This document shows positions 1-9,449 of a DNA stretch of 64,000 nt, in pieces. The stretch is from an uncultured Verrucomicrobiae bacterium (GTDB lineage: Bacteria; Verrucomicrobiota; Verrucomicrobiia; Chthoniobacterales; JAFAMB01). The stretch's first letter is position 1. Each line of letters opens with the position of its first letter. A program made the translations under genes and the position numbers. The stretch is from assembly GCA_963837955.1 (NCBI GenBank), contig CAWIPH010000002.1:4320001-4384000 (forward strand). Direction: 5' to 3'. Below the pieces are notes generated by a model. The model was not told the DNA's origin. It was given only the letters and a program-made list of their open reading frames with translations, and did no database searches.

Positions 1-258
1 ACTCAGTTCAATGAGGTCTTGGCCAGTGTAACTATGCGGAGCTGCGAAGTACGTCGCCAAAACTTGGTCAATTTTTCCGTATTCATTGGACACTTCACCG
101 AGATAGAGCCGCCGCGGCTCCCATTCCGCAACGCTGGTACTCCCACGGAAGATGCGACTCACAATGCCTTTAGCCTCGCTTCCGGAAAGGCGGAGCACGG
201 CAATGGCCCCCTCACCGACCGGGGTGGAGACTGCCGCAATCGTATCTTCGAGGGTCAT
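1..258 (-). CDS. mnmE: tRNA modification GTPase MnmE/TrmE, N-terminal part (runs off the window start; not in the supplied ORF track)
   Basis: Manual translation of the reverse strand from the ATG at 258 gives MTLEDTIAAVSTPVGEGAIAVLRLSG...YFAAPHSYTGQDLIELS, matching the TrmE_N signature (DTIAA.ST..G.G.IAV.R.SG; P.SYTG.D..E). Confidence 0.93.
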   Translation of the reverse strand, partial: MTLEDTIAAVSTPVGEGAIAVLRLSGSEAKGIVSRIFRGSTSVAEWEPRRLYLGEVSNEYGKIDQVLATYFAAPHSYTGQDLIELS

Positions 259-527
259 CGAGCTAATAAACCACAAATCATACGGAAACAGATCTAGCCT
301 AGATTTCGGCCTTTCACAGATTGGGTTAAACCACGGGCCTACGGAGGGGAGACGTTGCGCCTCCCGGGAATTATCCATGATAGAGCTACGTCTATCGATT
401 CTAGCGTCGGATTCAGCGGGCGGCTGGATCACTCCCGGGCGTCGCAAGCAACGCCCCTCCGTACGGTTGGGCAAACAACAACCGATGACACAGACACGGC
501 CGGTCCGAGAAAATGTCTTTCTTTCCT

Positions 528-1631
528 TTACTCCGCCAGCACAACATCCAGATCCGCAAAGAACCTGCGGTTCTGATCCATCGTGCCCACGCTCACGCGT
601 ACCCATTCCGGCAGTTTATACTCGCCAGTGGCGCGCACGATCGTGCCCCGCAGGAGCAGTTTTCGGAAAATCTCTTGCCCGTTGCCGACCTTCACGAGAA
701 CAAAGTTTGCCGAGCTTGGCACATACTCCAGTCCTCGTTGTTTGAATCCCTCTTCCAAAAATCGACGGCCTTCAAACGTAACCCGACGCGTGTGCTCCTG
801 ATGTTCTTGGTCCTGTAATCCAGCAATCGCGCCGACCTGACCGATCGAATTGGCATTAAACGGTTGCCGACACTTTTGCACGACTTGAATTAGTTGAGGA
901 TGCGCCAATCCGTATCCAATCCGAAGCGCTGCCAATCCTTGAATCTTGGAAAAAGTCCGTAGCACGATCACGTTCATGTGATCGTGAATGTAGCGGAGCG
1001 TCGGCGGCGGATCCGGCAGAAACTCGTAATACGCCTCATCCAGTACGATGATCACCTCTCTGGGAACTTGCTCGATGAGTCGTTCGATTGCCTCATCATT
1101 CACCATGGTCCCGGTCGGATTATTTGGGTTGGCCAGATAAATTAGTTTTGTTCGAGGTGTCACGGCCCGCGCCATTGCGTCGACATCAGCCGTCAGCTCC
1201 GGATCAGGAACTTCGATCGCGCTTGCACCGAAGAGATGCGCCATCAGCTTGTAAATGACGAATGCGTGATCTGCTACGATGATATTGTCGCCCGGTTGCA
1301 GAAACGCGTGCCCCAAGAATTCGATTATTTCGTTAGATCCATTCCCGAGCACGATGTTTTCCAGAGCAAGCTGAAACTTTTGAGCAATCGCGACGCGCAG
1401 GTGATAGCCTCCACCGTCGGGATAGTAATGAGCTTTGAGCAACGCCTCCTGCATGGCAGCCACCGCTTTGGGAGAAGGACCGATCGGGTTTTCATTTGAA
1501 GCCAACTTGATGATCTGGTCAGGCTTCAGCCCAAGCTCCCGCGCCACGTCCTCGATCGGCTTACCAGGGATATAGCTAACGATATCGTTTAGCCAGGCAT
1601 TAGCGCGCGGCGGCAGAGCAGTGTGGGTCAT
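528..1631 (-). CDS. hisC: Histidinol-phosphate aminotransferase
   Basis: Motifs YIPGKP, KLASNENP.GPSP, GNGSNE, NPNNPTG, DEAYYEF and the PLP-lysine motif RTFSK..GLA.LRIGY. Confidence 0.95.
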   Translation of the reverse strand: MTHTALPPRANAWLNDIVSYIPGKPIEDVARELGLKPDQIIKLASNENPIGPSPKAVAAMQEALLKAHYYPDGGGYHLRVAIAQKFQLALENIVLGNGSNEIIEFLGHAFLQPGDNIIVADHAFVIYKLMAHLFGASAIEVPDPELTADVDAMARAVTPRTKLIYLANPNNPTGTMVNDEAIERLIEQVPREVIIVLDEAYYEFLPDPPPTLRYIHDHMNVIVLRTFSKIQGLAALRIGYGLAHPQLIQVVQKCRQPFNANSIGQVGAIAGLQDQEHQEHTRRVTFEGRRFLEEGFKQRGLEYVPSSANFVLVKVGNGQEIFRKLLLRGTIVRATGEYKLPEWVRVSVGTMDQNRRFFADLDVVLAE

Positions 1632-1737
1632 GAATCAAACCTTTAATCCGAAAACCTCGAGCAGCAAACCAGATGTCCATTCAAATGCTCTTTAGCCAGC
1701 TCGCCAATACCTTGCATTAGCATAGGTCCGACTTACA

Positions 1738-2016
1738 ATGACTTTTCTGGGGTCGACTGCGGTGAGATGGACGGTTCTTAGCAAATTAATTCTCCTTCTG
1801 GGGTATGCGAGTAGCAGCGCCATTTGCCTGGGCTCAGCATTGGTGTCGGTGGGCTTACTTTACAACGAAGCGGTCGTAATAAAGGTCTTGGTTTACCTCC
1901 TCTTTACTGTAGCGGGAACCGCTGCTGGATTTTATCTCTACTTTTGCGCTTTGAGGGTTTTCTCACCGAAACGCCGCGTATTTAGCTATCCCGTCGCACA
2001 CCACCAAAAGCTCTGA
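1738..2016 (+). CDS. Hypothetical small membrane protein (2 hydrophobic segments)
   Basis: 92-aa ORF filling the hisC-recQ gap with two hydrophobic stretches; no family recognised. Confidence 0.45.
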   Translation: MTFLGSTAVRWTVLSKLILLLGYASSSAICLGSALVSVGLLYNEAVVIKVLVYLLFTVAGTAAGFYLYFCALRVFSPKRRVFSYPVAHHQKL

Positions 2017-2054
2017 ACTCATTCGCCGATTCCGGAAGAACTAGAGAGTATTTC

Positions 2055-4076
2055 CTACTTCGGTCGCAAAGGAACATGACTCCGCTGAGCGGGTCGTTTT
2101 GGAGAATTTGACTCAGACGAGTATCGACTGGAAACCCGGATAGACCCAACGAACTGTTCCGCGGTCTCCAGTACGGTCTGAAATGGAACCTCCGCCAAGC
2201 TTCCAAAATCCGGGTCCTTGTTGAGTTTCGTCTGGGTGAGCAATGGGGAGGTCAGTCCGCAGAGAAACCGTGCGATCTGTCTGGGTGAACTTAGCGCTGC
2301 GCTATATTGCTGTCGGAGGAGCGCAATCTTCGCGAGGTCTACCCGCGGTGGCTTCGTCTCGCGGGTGACTCGCACAGCGTGATTGGTAGTTCCAGAGCAG
2401 TTGTCGCAATGCCCGCAGTCCCGACCGAGATCTTCGCCAAAATAGTGAAGCAGATAGCGCACGATGCATCCGGAATGTTCAGCCAATTGAACAACTTCTC
2501 GGACACGGTTGACGTCTTTGCTTTCTCGGGTCTGGAAGCGTTCAACCAATCTGGATTTGAGCGCCTGCACATCTGTGGGGCGGCTCTCTATTCGGTAGCC
2601 TTGACGTAACCCTGCGACCTTGAGAGACAGGTCACCTCTTTCTTCCAGGAAGGTGAGTGCTTTGATGATGCGTCCGCGCGTGGTTTTCAACCGATGCACC
2701 GCCTTATTCAGATCGATAGAAAGCCATTTTTTGGCCTTCATTGCGCTCGAAAAAATAGCGCCTACAAAGTCTGCACGGGTAGCGTCAAACCGCGCAAGAA
2801 TCTCTCTCGAAGGTTTGAGAGGCATGAACTGATACTCGTTGTAGAATGGTTCGGTCGCTTCAATGACATCAGCCAGCTCGAGATAAGTGAGCAACGTCTC
2901 AACCACTAACGGCCGAACATCATGGGCACGCGATAACTCGTAAACCGAGATATCAAATTGGCTGCCATTCCTGAGTATCTCGTCAACGATCGCACCGATG
3001 CTCGCGGCGTCTGGAGTATCACCATAAGTAAAGTTTTCCAAAACGGTAACGTCGCTGCCGCAGGCTAACATCTCGCAGGTGGACTCTTTTCCATCCCGGC
3101 CTGCACGTCCGATTTCCTGAGAATAGTTTTCGAGGCTTTTGGGCAAGTCATAGTGATAGACATAACGGATGTTGGATTTATCGATGCCCATACCGAAAGC
3201 GATGGTTGCTACCACGATTGCATCCGTGGAATTCATGAACCAATCCTGAACTGCGCTCCGTTCCTCGTTTCGCATGCCGGCGTGGTAAGCACGCGCAGGA
3301 AACCCCTCTCTGGCCAACTCTTTACCCAAAGCTTCGGCTGTACGCTGCAGGGTCACATAGACGATCGTAGAGCCTCGCGGACGGTCTTTGAGGTGGTTCA
3401 ACAAAAGCGCGATCTTCTGGTTGGAATGACACGGAGTGACCCGCAGTGTCAGATTCGGACGATAGAAGCCGGTATGAACGAATGCATCGCTCTCAATCCG
3501 AAACTCGCGGCAAATGTCTTGGGCCACGCTAGGCGTTGCCGTCGCGGTAAGCGTGAGAACACGACGAATGTCGAGACTGCGCGCCAATCGAGCCAATTTC
3601 AAATAGTCCGGCCGAAAATTGTGGCCCCACTCCGAGATACAATGCGCCTCGTCGATAACCATCAATGAGATTTTGAGCTGGCCCAGTTTCTGAATAAATC
3701 GCTCATTGGAGAATCGCTCTGGCGCCACGTAGAGCAGCTTGAGGCGGCCAGCACGCAGGTCTGAATCGATTCGTCGGATTTCCTCTAGTTCGATCGTGGA
3801 ATCGAGTCGAGCTGCCGGGATTTGGCGTTTGCGCAGAAAATCGATTTGATCTTTCATCAACGCGATCAAAGGCGAAACGACCAAGGTCAAGCCTTCAAGA
3901 TGAAGGGCGCTGAGCTGGTAGCAGAGGCTCTTACCGCTACCGGTAGGAAAAACCGCCAGCGCGGATTTGCTTTCCAGAATCTTGGTAATAATTGGCTCTT
4001 GGCCTTCGCGAAACGAGTCGAAGCCAAACACGTTCTTTAGCGTCGAGTGAATGGATGTATTTGGCGAATTCACCAT
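2055..4076 (-). CDS. recQ: RecQ-family ATP-dependent DNA helicase
   Basis: Motifs FGFDSFREGQ, PTGSGKSLCYQ, DEAHCISEWGHNFRPDY, ATIAFGMGIDK, QEIGRAGRDG and the Zn-binding C...CGHCDNC. Confidence 0.95.
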   Translation of the reverse strand: MVNSPNTSIHSTLKNVFGFDSFREGQEPIITKILESKSALAVFPTGSGKSLCYQLSALHLEGLTLVVSPLIALMKDQIDFLRKRQIPAARLDSTIELEEIRRIDSDLRAGRLKLLYVAPERFSNERFIQKLGQLKISLMVIDEAHCISEWGHNFRPDYLKLARLARSLDIRRVLTLTATATPSVAQDICREFRIESDAFVHTGFYRPNLTLRVTPCHSNQKIALLLNHLKDRPRGSTIVYVTLQRTAEALGKELAREGFPARAYHAGMRNEERSAVQDWFMNSTDAIVVATIAFGMGIDKSNIRYVYHYDLPKSLENYSQEIGRAGRDGKESTCEMLACGSDVTVLENFTYGDTPDAASIGAIVDEILRNGSQFDISVYELSRAHDVRPLVVETLLTYLELADVIEATEPFYNEYQFMPLKPSREILARFDATRADFVGAIFSSAMKAKKWLSIDLNKAVHRLKTTRGRIIKALTFLEERGDLSLKVAGLRQGYRIESRPTDVQALKSRLVERFQTRESKDVNRVREVVQLAEHSGCIVRYLLHYFGEDLGRDCGHCDNCSGTTNHAVRVTRETKPPRVDLAKIALLRQQYSAALSSPRQIARFLCGLTSPLLTQTKLNKDPDFGSLAEVPFQTVLETAEQFVGSIRVSSRYSSESNSPKRPAQRSHVPLRPK

Positions 4077-4267
4077 CTTTTACCAATCTTTCCGCGAATT
4101 ACTACAACATGCAAGAAATATGTTGTATATTTTCGAAATAAATCACGTTTTCGCTCCATTTCGCCGAAATGGCATCACCACGTGAGACCGTCTGGGAGGA
4201 CCACACAGCGCCCTTTTGTTGGCACATATGTACAGCCGTTGGATTGGGAAGAGAAGCAAGAGGGTAC

Positions 4268-4490
4268 CGTCCCGCGAGGGACGCAGTGATAGTAGCCCAG
4301 CAATTTATTGCTGGGTAAATGGTATAGAGGGGAGCCGTCCCGGTAGGGACGATCGAACGTTGAGGTAATGGTTTTCGAGTCCGACGTCATGGGCGCAGAG
4401 GATGAATCGATCGTCCCGATGGGACGGACGTGTCTTAACGCTATCCCAGCACTGAAGTGCTGGGGTACTTTCGCTGTGTCCCTCCGGGAC
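4268..4490. repeat. REPIN/BIME-like nested inverted-repeat element made of six short hairpins
   Basis: GTCCC-N-GGGAC hairpins at 4268-4283, 4336-4351, 4412-4426 and 4478-4490. CCCAGCA-N6-TGCTGGG hairpins at 4296-4315 (preceded by GTAG) and 4445-4464. The arrangement is mirror-symmetric. Confidence 0.85.
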
Positions 4491-4909
4491 AGATCTCTCG
4501 ATGTGCGTGCACAGCACTTGGCTTCTCATGAGCGTCAACGCGGTGATGCCCACTGTGAAAAACACCCGCGCAGCCGCCTTGGAGTTGCTGAAAGGGCTAC
4601 GGCCCGAACACCAGTGTGCGCTTTGCGCACACTCTCCTTAAGACCTCCGTGCCAGCTTTCCAGGATCTGCACCCGCTGCTTTGCGTCACTTAAGTCCGCA
4701 GAACGCTGGAAAACTCATGATGAGCACCTCCATTAATCGGCTCGACTCGATTCCGAGTGGTTTTGGACAACGCATCCAGAGTCATCTGAGATTCGGACCC
4801 AAAGATCGTCCAAAAAAAGCTTTGCGGACTGGCAAAGTCTACCGGATCAGTAAGGAATCCTCCCTTCGCTAGATCCCCGAATTTCTCCCAACTAATCAAG
4901 AGCCATCCA

Positions 4910-5308
4910 ATGAGTGATAACGACCCATATCTCGACAATATTGCCGACGATGCTCGAGCCCGAATCCCCGAGATTACTCCACATCAGCTAGCGCGGGCGA
5001 AACCCCTCCCGACAATCATCGATATTCGAGAGGAAGATGAGTTCATGTGTGGCCACATCAATGGGGCCAAGCACGTCAGCCGAGGCGTATTGGAGCAAAA
5101 AATACAGGAAGTGGCACCGGAACCAGCTACGCCAATCGTCGTTTATTGTGCCGTCGGCAACCGAGCCCCTTTGGCTGCGGAGAAGCTCCAACGGATGGGA
5201 TACCGAAACATTTCGTCGCTCAAGGGAGGGCTTCAAAACTGGTTGGAAGCCGGGGGTATGGTCGAGTGTCCTAAAAGTGCGCGAGACTCCTTCGCCGGGA
5301 TTCGGTGA
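4910..5308 (+). CDS. Rhodanese-like domain protein
   Basis: Motifs IIDIRE..EF..GHI.GA, VVYCAVGNR and LKGGLQNW. Confidence 0.9.
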   Translation: MSDNDPYLDNIADDARARIPEITPHQLARAKPLPTIIDIREEDEFMCGHINGAKHVSRGVLEQKIQEVAPEPATPIVVYCAVGNRAPLAAEKLQRMGYRNISSLKGGLQNWLEAGGMVECPKSARDSFAGIR

Positions 5309-6145
5309 TTAGCGAAAGGCAGCCGCATTCTCGTAACACCATTCCTCAAATGTCTTGGGCGGCCGTCTGGTTACTTGTTCCACGGTATCGGAGAGCAGGC
5401 CGCGCCCGCCGGAACGTCGGTCCCTGAATACCTCGACAAGTGCGTCGGCTACCGGTCCAGGTATGCCGTTTTTTTTCATTCCCTCTCCCACCTTTTCCTC
5501 CGGTACATCCACGTATCGGAGCGGCCTGTTTATCACTCGGGCTAAGATTTCAACTTGCTCTGCCACGGTCAGAAGTTGGGGACCGGTGAGCTCGTATGCT
5601 TGATCCTCATGCCCTGGCTCCCGCAAAGCAGCCGCGGCCACCGCGGCAACGTCCCTCGGATGGATGGGGGCGACCGTACCGCTGCCGCCGGGAAAGTAGA
5701 CTGTGCCCTGTTGCTTCACCGTCTCAGCCCAACGCAGAGCATTCGACATAAACTGTCCGGCACGAAGAAACGTCCAGGCCAGACCGGACGATCGTATCAC
5801 CTCTTCCTTGTCGTGGTGCCATCGATCGAGCTGAAGGGTCGGCCGGCCCGCGTTAAGCGTGGAAAGTTTCACGACATGCTTAAGCCCCGTACGACTGGCA
5901 GCTCCAACCACATTCCTGTCCTGCTGGGTTCCCATGTCGAGAACGACCAGGAACACTTTTTCCACGCTGCGCAGCGCTTCTTCCAACGTCTCCGGTTGCT
6001 TCAGATCTCCGACCGCGAGCTCAACTCGTTTTTCCCCCACCTTGTTTTTGTCACGAACGAAAACCCGGACCTGCTCGCCCGCTTCGAGAAGTTGGGGAAC
6101 AAGCTCTCTGCCGATAGTACCGGTCGCACCTGTAACCAGAATCAT
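5309..6145 (-). CDS. NmrA-like / atypical SDR NAD(P)H-binding protein
   Basis: MILVTGATGTIG Rossmann motif, WTFLR...FM.N, and DVA.VAA..L...GH....YELTGP. Start placed at ATG 6145 (the track uses GTG 6163). Confidence 0.88.
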   Translation of the reverse strand: MILVTGATGTIGRELVPQLLEAGEQVRVFVRDKNKVGEKRVELAVGDLKQPETLEEALRSVEKVFLVVLDMGTQQDRNVVGAASRTGLKHVVKLSTLNAGRPTLQLDRWHHDKEEVIRSSGLAWTFLRAGQFMSNALRWAETVKQQGTVYFPGGSGTVAPIHPRDVAAVAAAALREPGHEDQAYELTGPQLLTVAEQVEILARVINRPLRYVDVPEEKVGEGMKKNGIPGPVADALVEVFRDRRSGGRGLLSDTVEQVTRRPPKTFEEWCYENAAAFR

Positions 6146-6232
6146 CAGGGATTTTAACCACACGAGACGCAGAGATCACGGAAGTTTGTCAGCCGCGAAA
6201 CGTCTTTGTTGCGACTGCCCAGCTCTCGCGAT

Positions 6233-6940
6233 TTACCGACTCCTTTTTACTCTTTCGCTGAGAAGGCTTCGACAGATGAAGCCATTGAATTCAGCGTTTC
6301 GGCGAGTCCCCGCAATTTTTCGCAGGTGACTTCTCAAATCTTGGCTATCCAATGGCATTTTGTCTACGGTTGTGAATGCCAACACCTCTTCCCCAACGTC
6401 GGGATCCATTCTGCGCAAAATGAATAAATAGAGGTTGCGCAGGGCAATTCCTTCCTGGTCGAGCTCCAAACGAATCAATTCGGAGAGACTAGCACGCGCG
6501 ATCCAATCCGGACCATACCCCCGCGTCAAGAGATACCGCAACAGTAACTCTTGTCTTCGCTCGAAGGCTTGCCCCAGAAACTTTTGGCGTATTGCGCTTA
6601 GATCGTCATCCGTCTCTCCGGGAAAAGCATCACGGAAGTCCTGCCTGAGAGCGACACTTCGATTAATCAGGTCCGCGCTAAAATGATCAAAGAGTTTCAC
6701 CGATACGTCTCTCACCCACTCCAGGGCGGTCACGGCATCTCTCATATCGCTAGCCATCAGAAAAGCGAAGTTCGGCGCACACCAGTAGGTCGGTAACCTG
6801 AAATCGATTACCACCCGGTTGCTCGAATCGATCGTCACCTCAGTCACAAAGTCCAGGGCGACGACCGATTCGTCGATTTCCGGGTCAGTGACCGCATCGA
6901 GCGCTGACCATACCTCCTCTCTTCGATCAGGAAAGGCCAT
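6233..6940 (-). CDS. DUF59/FeS_assembly_P (PaaD/MIP18-like) metal-sulfur cluster assembly protein
   Basis: Motifs AL..VTDPEID.SVV.L.FV and RLPTYWCAPNFAFLMASD. Confidence 0.85.
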   Translation of the reverse strand: MAFPDRREEVWSALDAVTDPEIDESVVALDFVTEVTIDSSNRVVIDFRLPTYWCAPNFAFLMASDMRDAVTALEWVRDVSVKLFDHFSADLINRSVALRQDFRDAFPGETDDDLSAIRQKFLGQAFERRQELLLRYLLTRGYGPDWIARASLSELIRLELDQEGIALRNLYLFILRRMDPDVGEEVLAFTTVDKMPLDSQDLRSHLRKIAGTRRNAEFNGFICRSLLSERVKRSR

Positions 6941-6964
6941 CTGACCAATACCTTAAGGGAAAAC

Positions 6965-8005
6965 CTACGCGACAGGTGCAGCGGTCCGTGCCGGCTCCGC
7001 CTTTTCGGAGATCGGCAGGCCGAATCTCTTGTTTTGCTCCCCGATATCAATGTTATAGAGCCGAGCCGCATTCTCACCCAGAATCTTCCTCTTCATCTCA
7101 AGCGTGAGTGGACCGGTTTCGGCCGCGAGATCTTCTGGTAGTTCGAGATCCATGAACTTCTCGATGATCCATTTCGGCTGCCAAAGCGCGTAGTCGCTGC
7201 CGAAAAGGATGCGATCAGGTCCCAACCAGAAGGTTAGCTCGCTCATAATCTCACTGAAGTAACGGGGACGGGTATGGATCAGTGCGATCGCCACGGCAAG
7301 CCCGGCGTACACATTCGGTTCCTGCGCCGCGATAAAGGTAAAATCGTTCAGCCGAGGCAATCCACAATGCTCGACGATAAAATTCAGATCCGGAAAGAGC
7401 GACGCCACTTCGTCGACGTCGCCCACGTCGAAAGCATCCTTGTTCAGTGGGCGAATGGTCGGGCCTTTATGCACGTGAATATTTTTGAGCCCGAGCTCCT
7501 GTGATTTCTCCAGGTATCGATACGACCAAGGATCAGTTAATTTCCAGCCTTTCGAGTCTCCTTTCCACTCTGCCGTATAAAGTTTGATACCTCGCCAACC
7601 ATACTTTTGTGCGTCTTGCTCGAGCTGTTTGAGCCCGGCCTCTTCATTTCGAGGATCCCAAAAGCCGTTCGTAATCACCCGGTCCGGATGCTTCTTTCTG
7701 AACGTCTCATTTCTCTCCAAGTTGGAAAAGCCATGGTGATAAAAGTCTCCCAGGTATTGTGGATTGAAGATAGCAACATCAACATAACCGTTTTCGAATA
7801 CATCCTGCTCGAAGTCTTCATCGGTATACTTTTGATATTTCTTGTACGGCCAGACGTATTCCTTCGGGCTGAGCTTATGATAGTCGTAGAAGCATTTGAT
7901 AAATTCTTCGCCGTACCGATTTTTGCAATTTTCGTCGCTGCCATCCCATAAATGAACATGGCCGTCGATGACAGAGATCTTTTCGCCGGATTTGGTAGTA
8001 AACAT
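6965..8005 (-). CDS. Amidohydrolase family protein (amidohydro_2 type)
   Basis: Motifs IDGHVH, GIKLY, HVHKGP, FIVEHCG and RILFGSDY...KILGENAARLY. Confidence 0.9.
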   Translation of the reverse strand: MFTTKSGEKISVIDGHVHLWDGSDENCKNRYGEEFIKCFYDYHKLSPKEYVWPYKKYQKYTDEDFEQDVFENGYVDVAIFNPQYLGDFYHHGFSNLERNETFRKKHPDRVITNGFWDPRNEEAGLKQLEQDAQKYGWRGIKLYTAEWKGDSKGWKLTDPWSYRYLEKSQELGLKNIHVHKGPTIRPLNKDAFDVGDVDEVASLFPDLNFIVEHCGLPRLNDFTFIAAQEPNVYAGLAVAIALIHTRPRYFSEIMSELTFWLGPDRILFGSDYALWQPKWIIEKFMDLELPEDLAAETGPLTLEMKRKILGENAARLYNIDIGEQNKRFGLPISEKAEPARTAAPVA

Positions 8006-8033
8006 GGTGTGCTAACGTGATCTAATTTTTGGA

Positions 8034-9077
8034 TTAAGGTACGAGTACCGCGCGCCCCTTTAATTTACCGTGATGTAAGTCATGTAATGCTTGGTTTGCT
8101 TCGTGTAATTTATAATAGTTTGTCGCCAAATTAACCTTTCCCCGGTTAGCTAATTCCATGAGCTCGACTAACTCCGAATAGTTGCCCACCAGGTTCCCGA
8201 CAATCCTCCGCTCCGTACAAATCATATCTAGGGCAGAAATCCGGATCTCTCCGCCGTACCCGACAATGTAGTACGCACCGTTATTCCGGGTCATCGCTAA
8301 GCCGTTCTCGATTGAGTTACCTTCTCCGACGAAATCGATGACGGCTTCCGCGCCTTTTCCGCCGGTCAAAGCCTGAACCGCCTCAACTTGGTGTTCGTCG
8401 GCAGTAACGGTGTGATGAGCACCACACTCCTTAGCTAGCGAAAGCGCCATTTCCGAACGATCCACGGCGATGATATCCGCGGAACAGAGGGCGGCGAGGA
8501 CTTGAATGCCAATATGGCCCAAGCCACCTACCCCGATCACCACCACTCGCTCCCCGGGCAAAAGGTGCCCAGCTGCTTTCTTAGCCACGTGATAGGCCGT
8601 CAGACCAGCGTCGGCGTGAGGAGCGACATCTTTTGGAGCCAATGTCTGTGGCAGCTTTATCAATGAGCTTGCGCCAGTGCGCAACAATTCAGCGTATCCT
8701 CCGTTTGTGCTGATCCCTGGAAATTCGCTGCCCTCGACATGCATGTCATTCCCTCGCCGGGCAGCAAGGGCATGACAGTTGGAAATGAGAGGGTGGCAAA
8801 TGACTGGATCTCCACGCTTAAACCCATCGACTGCCTTTCCCACTTCTTCGACCCACCCAGCATTTTCATGCCCCATAATGTAGGGCAATTTTACACTGAC
8901 CTTCTGACGCCAGACTCCTTCGATCACATGGAGATCGGTGCGGCAGACCCCGGCACCACCAATTCGGACCACCACGTCGGTTTGATTTTGGATTTCCGGT
9001 TCCGGCACTTCTTCCAAAGCGACGAAATCCGGATTGGAGAGAGTGGTATCATACTGATGGAGTACCGCAGCTTTCAT
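8034..9077 (-). CDS. Zn-dependent NAD(P) alcohol dehydrogenase (MDR family)
   Basis: Motifs GVCRTDLH, GHENAG, DAGLTAYH and GVGGLG. The four-Cys structural Zn loop appears reduced. Confidence 0.92.
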   Translation of the reverse strand: MKAAVLHQYDTTLSNPDFVALEEVPEPEIQNQTDVVVRIGGAGVCRTDLHVIEGVWRQKVSVKLPYIMGHENAGWVEEVGKAVDGFKRGDPVICHPLISNCHALAARRGNDMHVEGSEFPGISTNGGYAELLRTGASSLIKLPQTLAPKDVAPHADAGLTAYHVAKKAAGHLLPGERVVVIGVGGLGHIGIQVLAALCSADIIAVDRSEMALSLAKECGAHHTVTADEHQVEAVQALTGGKGAEAVIDFVGEGNSIENGLAMTRNNGAYYIVGYGGEIRISALDMICTERRIVGNLVGNYSELVELMELANRGKVNLATNYYKLHEANQALHDLHHGKLKGRAVLVP

Positions 9078-9216
9078 AGGCTAATCACGTAAAGGGTGAA
9101 GGAGCATTGCCATTGTCGCGGAACAATGGCGTCAAAATGCAGAGGTATTTCTGACACGTTGTTTGGGGGGATTCAGCTGCCACGGAAAAGCCGTGACCTC
9201 GTACGCTAAAAAGGCA

Positions 9217-9232
9217 AGCAGTCAGCATGCCA
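9217..9232 (-). promoter_or_regulatory. Putative sigma54 (-24/-12) promoter for the ADH-amidohydrolase-DUF59 operon
   Basis: The minus strand reads TGGCATGCTGACTGCT (GG-N10-GC), 140 bp upstream of the ADH start and next to a divergent sigma54 activator gene. Confidence 0.75.
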
Positions 9233-9307
9233 GACCAATTTGGGACATTCAGATCCAATTCTGTCCTGGGAAGGTCGGCAATTGCCGAATCCGCGTCGTA
9301 TCATCGA

Positions 9308-9358
9308 TGTCCCGAAACGGAACATGTGAATTTCACGAAATCGTTCCAGAACGTAACA
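9308..9358. promoter_or_regulatory. Candidate upstream activator sites for the sigma54 enhancer-binding protein
   Basis: Two similar imperfect palindromes, TGTCCCGAAACGGAACA (9308-9324) and CGTTCCAGAACGTAACA (9342-9358), lie ~75-125 bp upstream of the -24/-12 element. Confidence 0.5.
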
Positions 9359-9449
9359 GTTAACAGTGGAGCGTAAGTCACCGATCGCTCGGATTCGCTC
9401 TGTTGATTTTGGTGACCTGGAGACTAGGTTGCGGGTGCGCAGCCGCACC

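Noticed and set aside
19..818. Plus-strand ORFs 19-297, 152-745, 355-576 and 513-818
   Set aside because: They lie antisense to or overlap mnmE and hisC and have no recognisable motifs.
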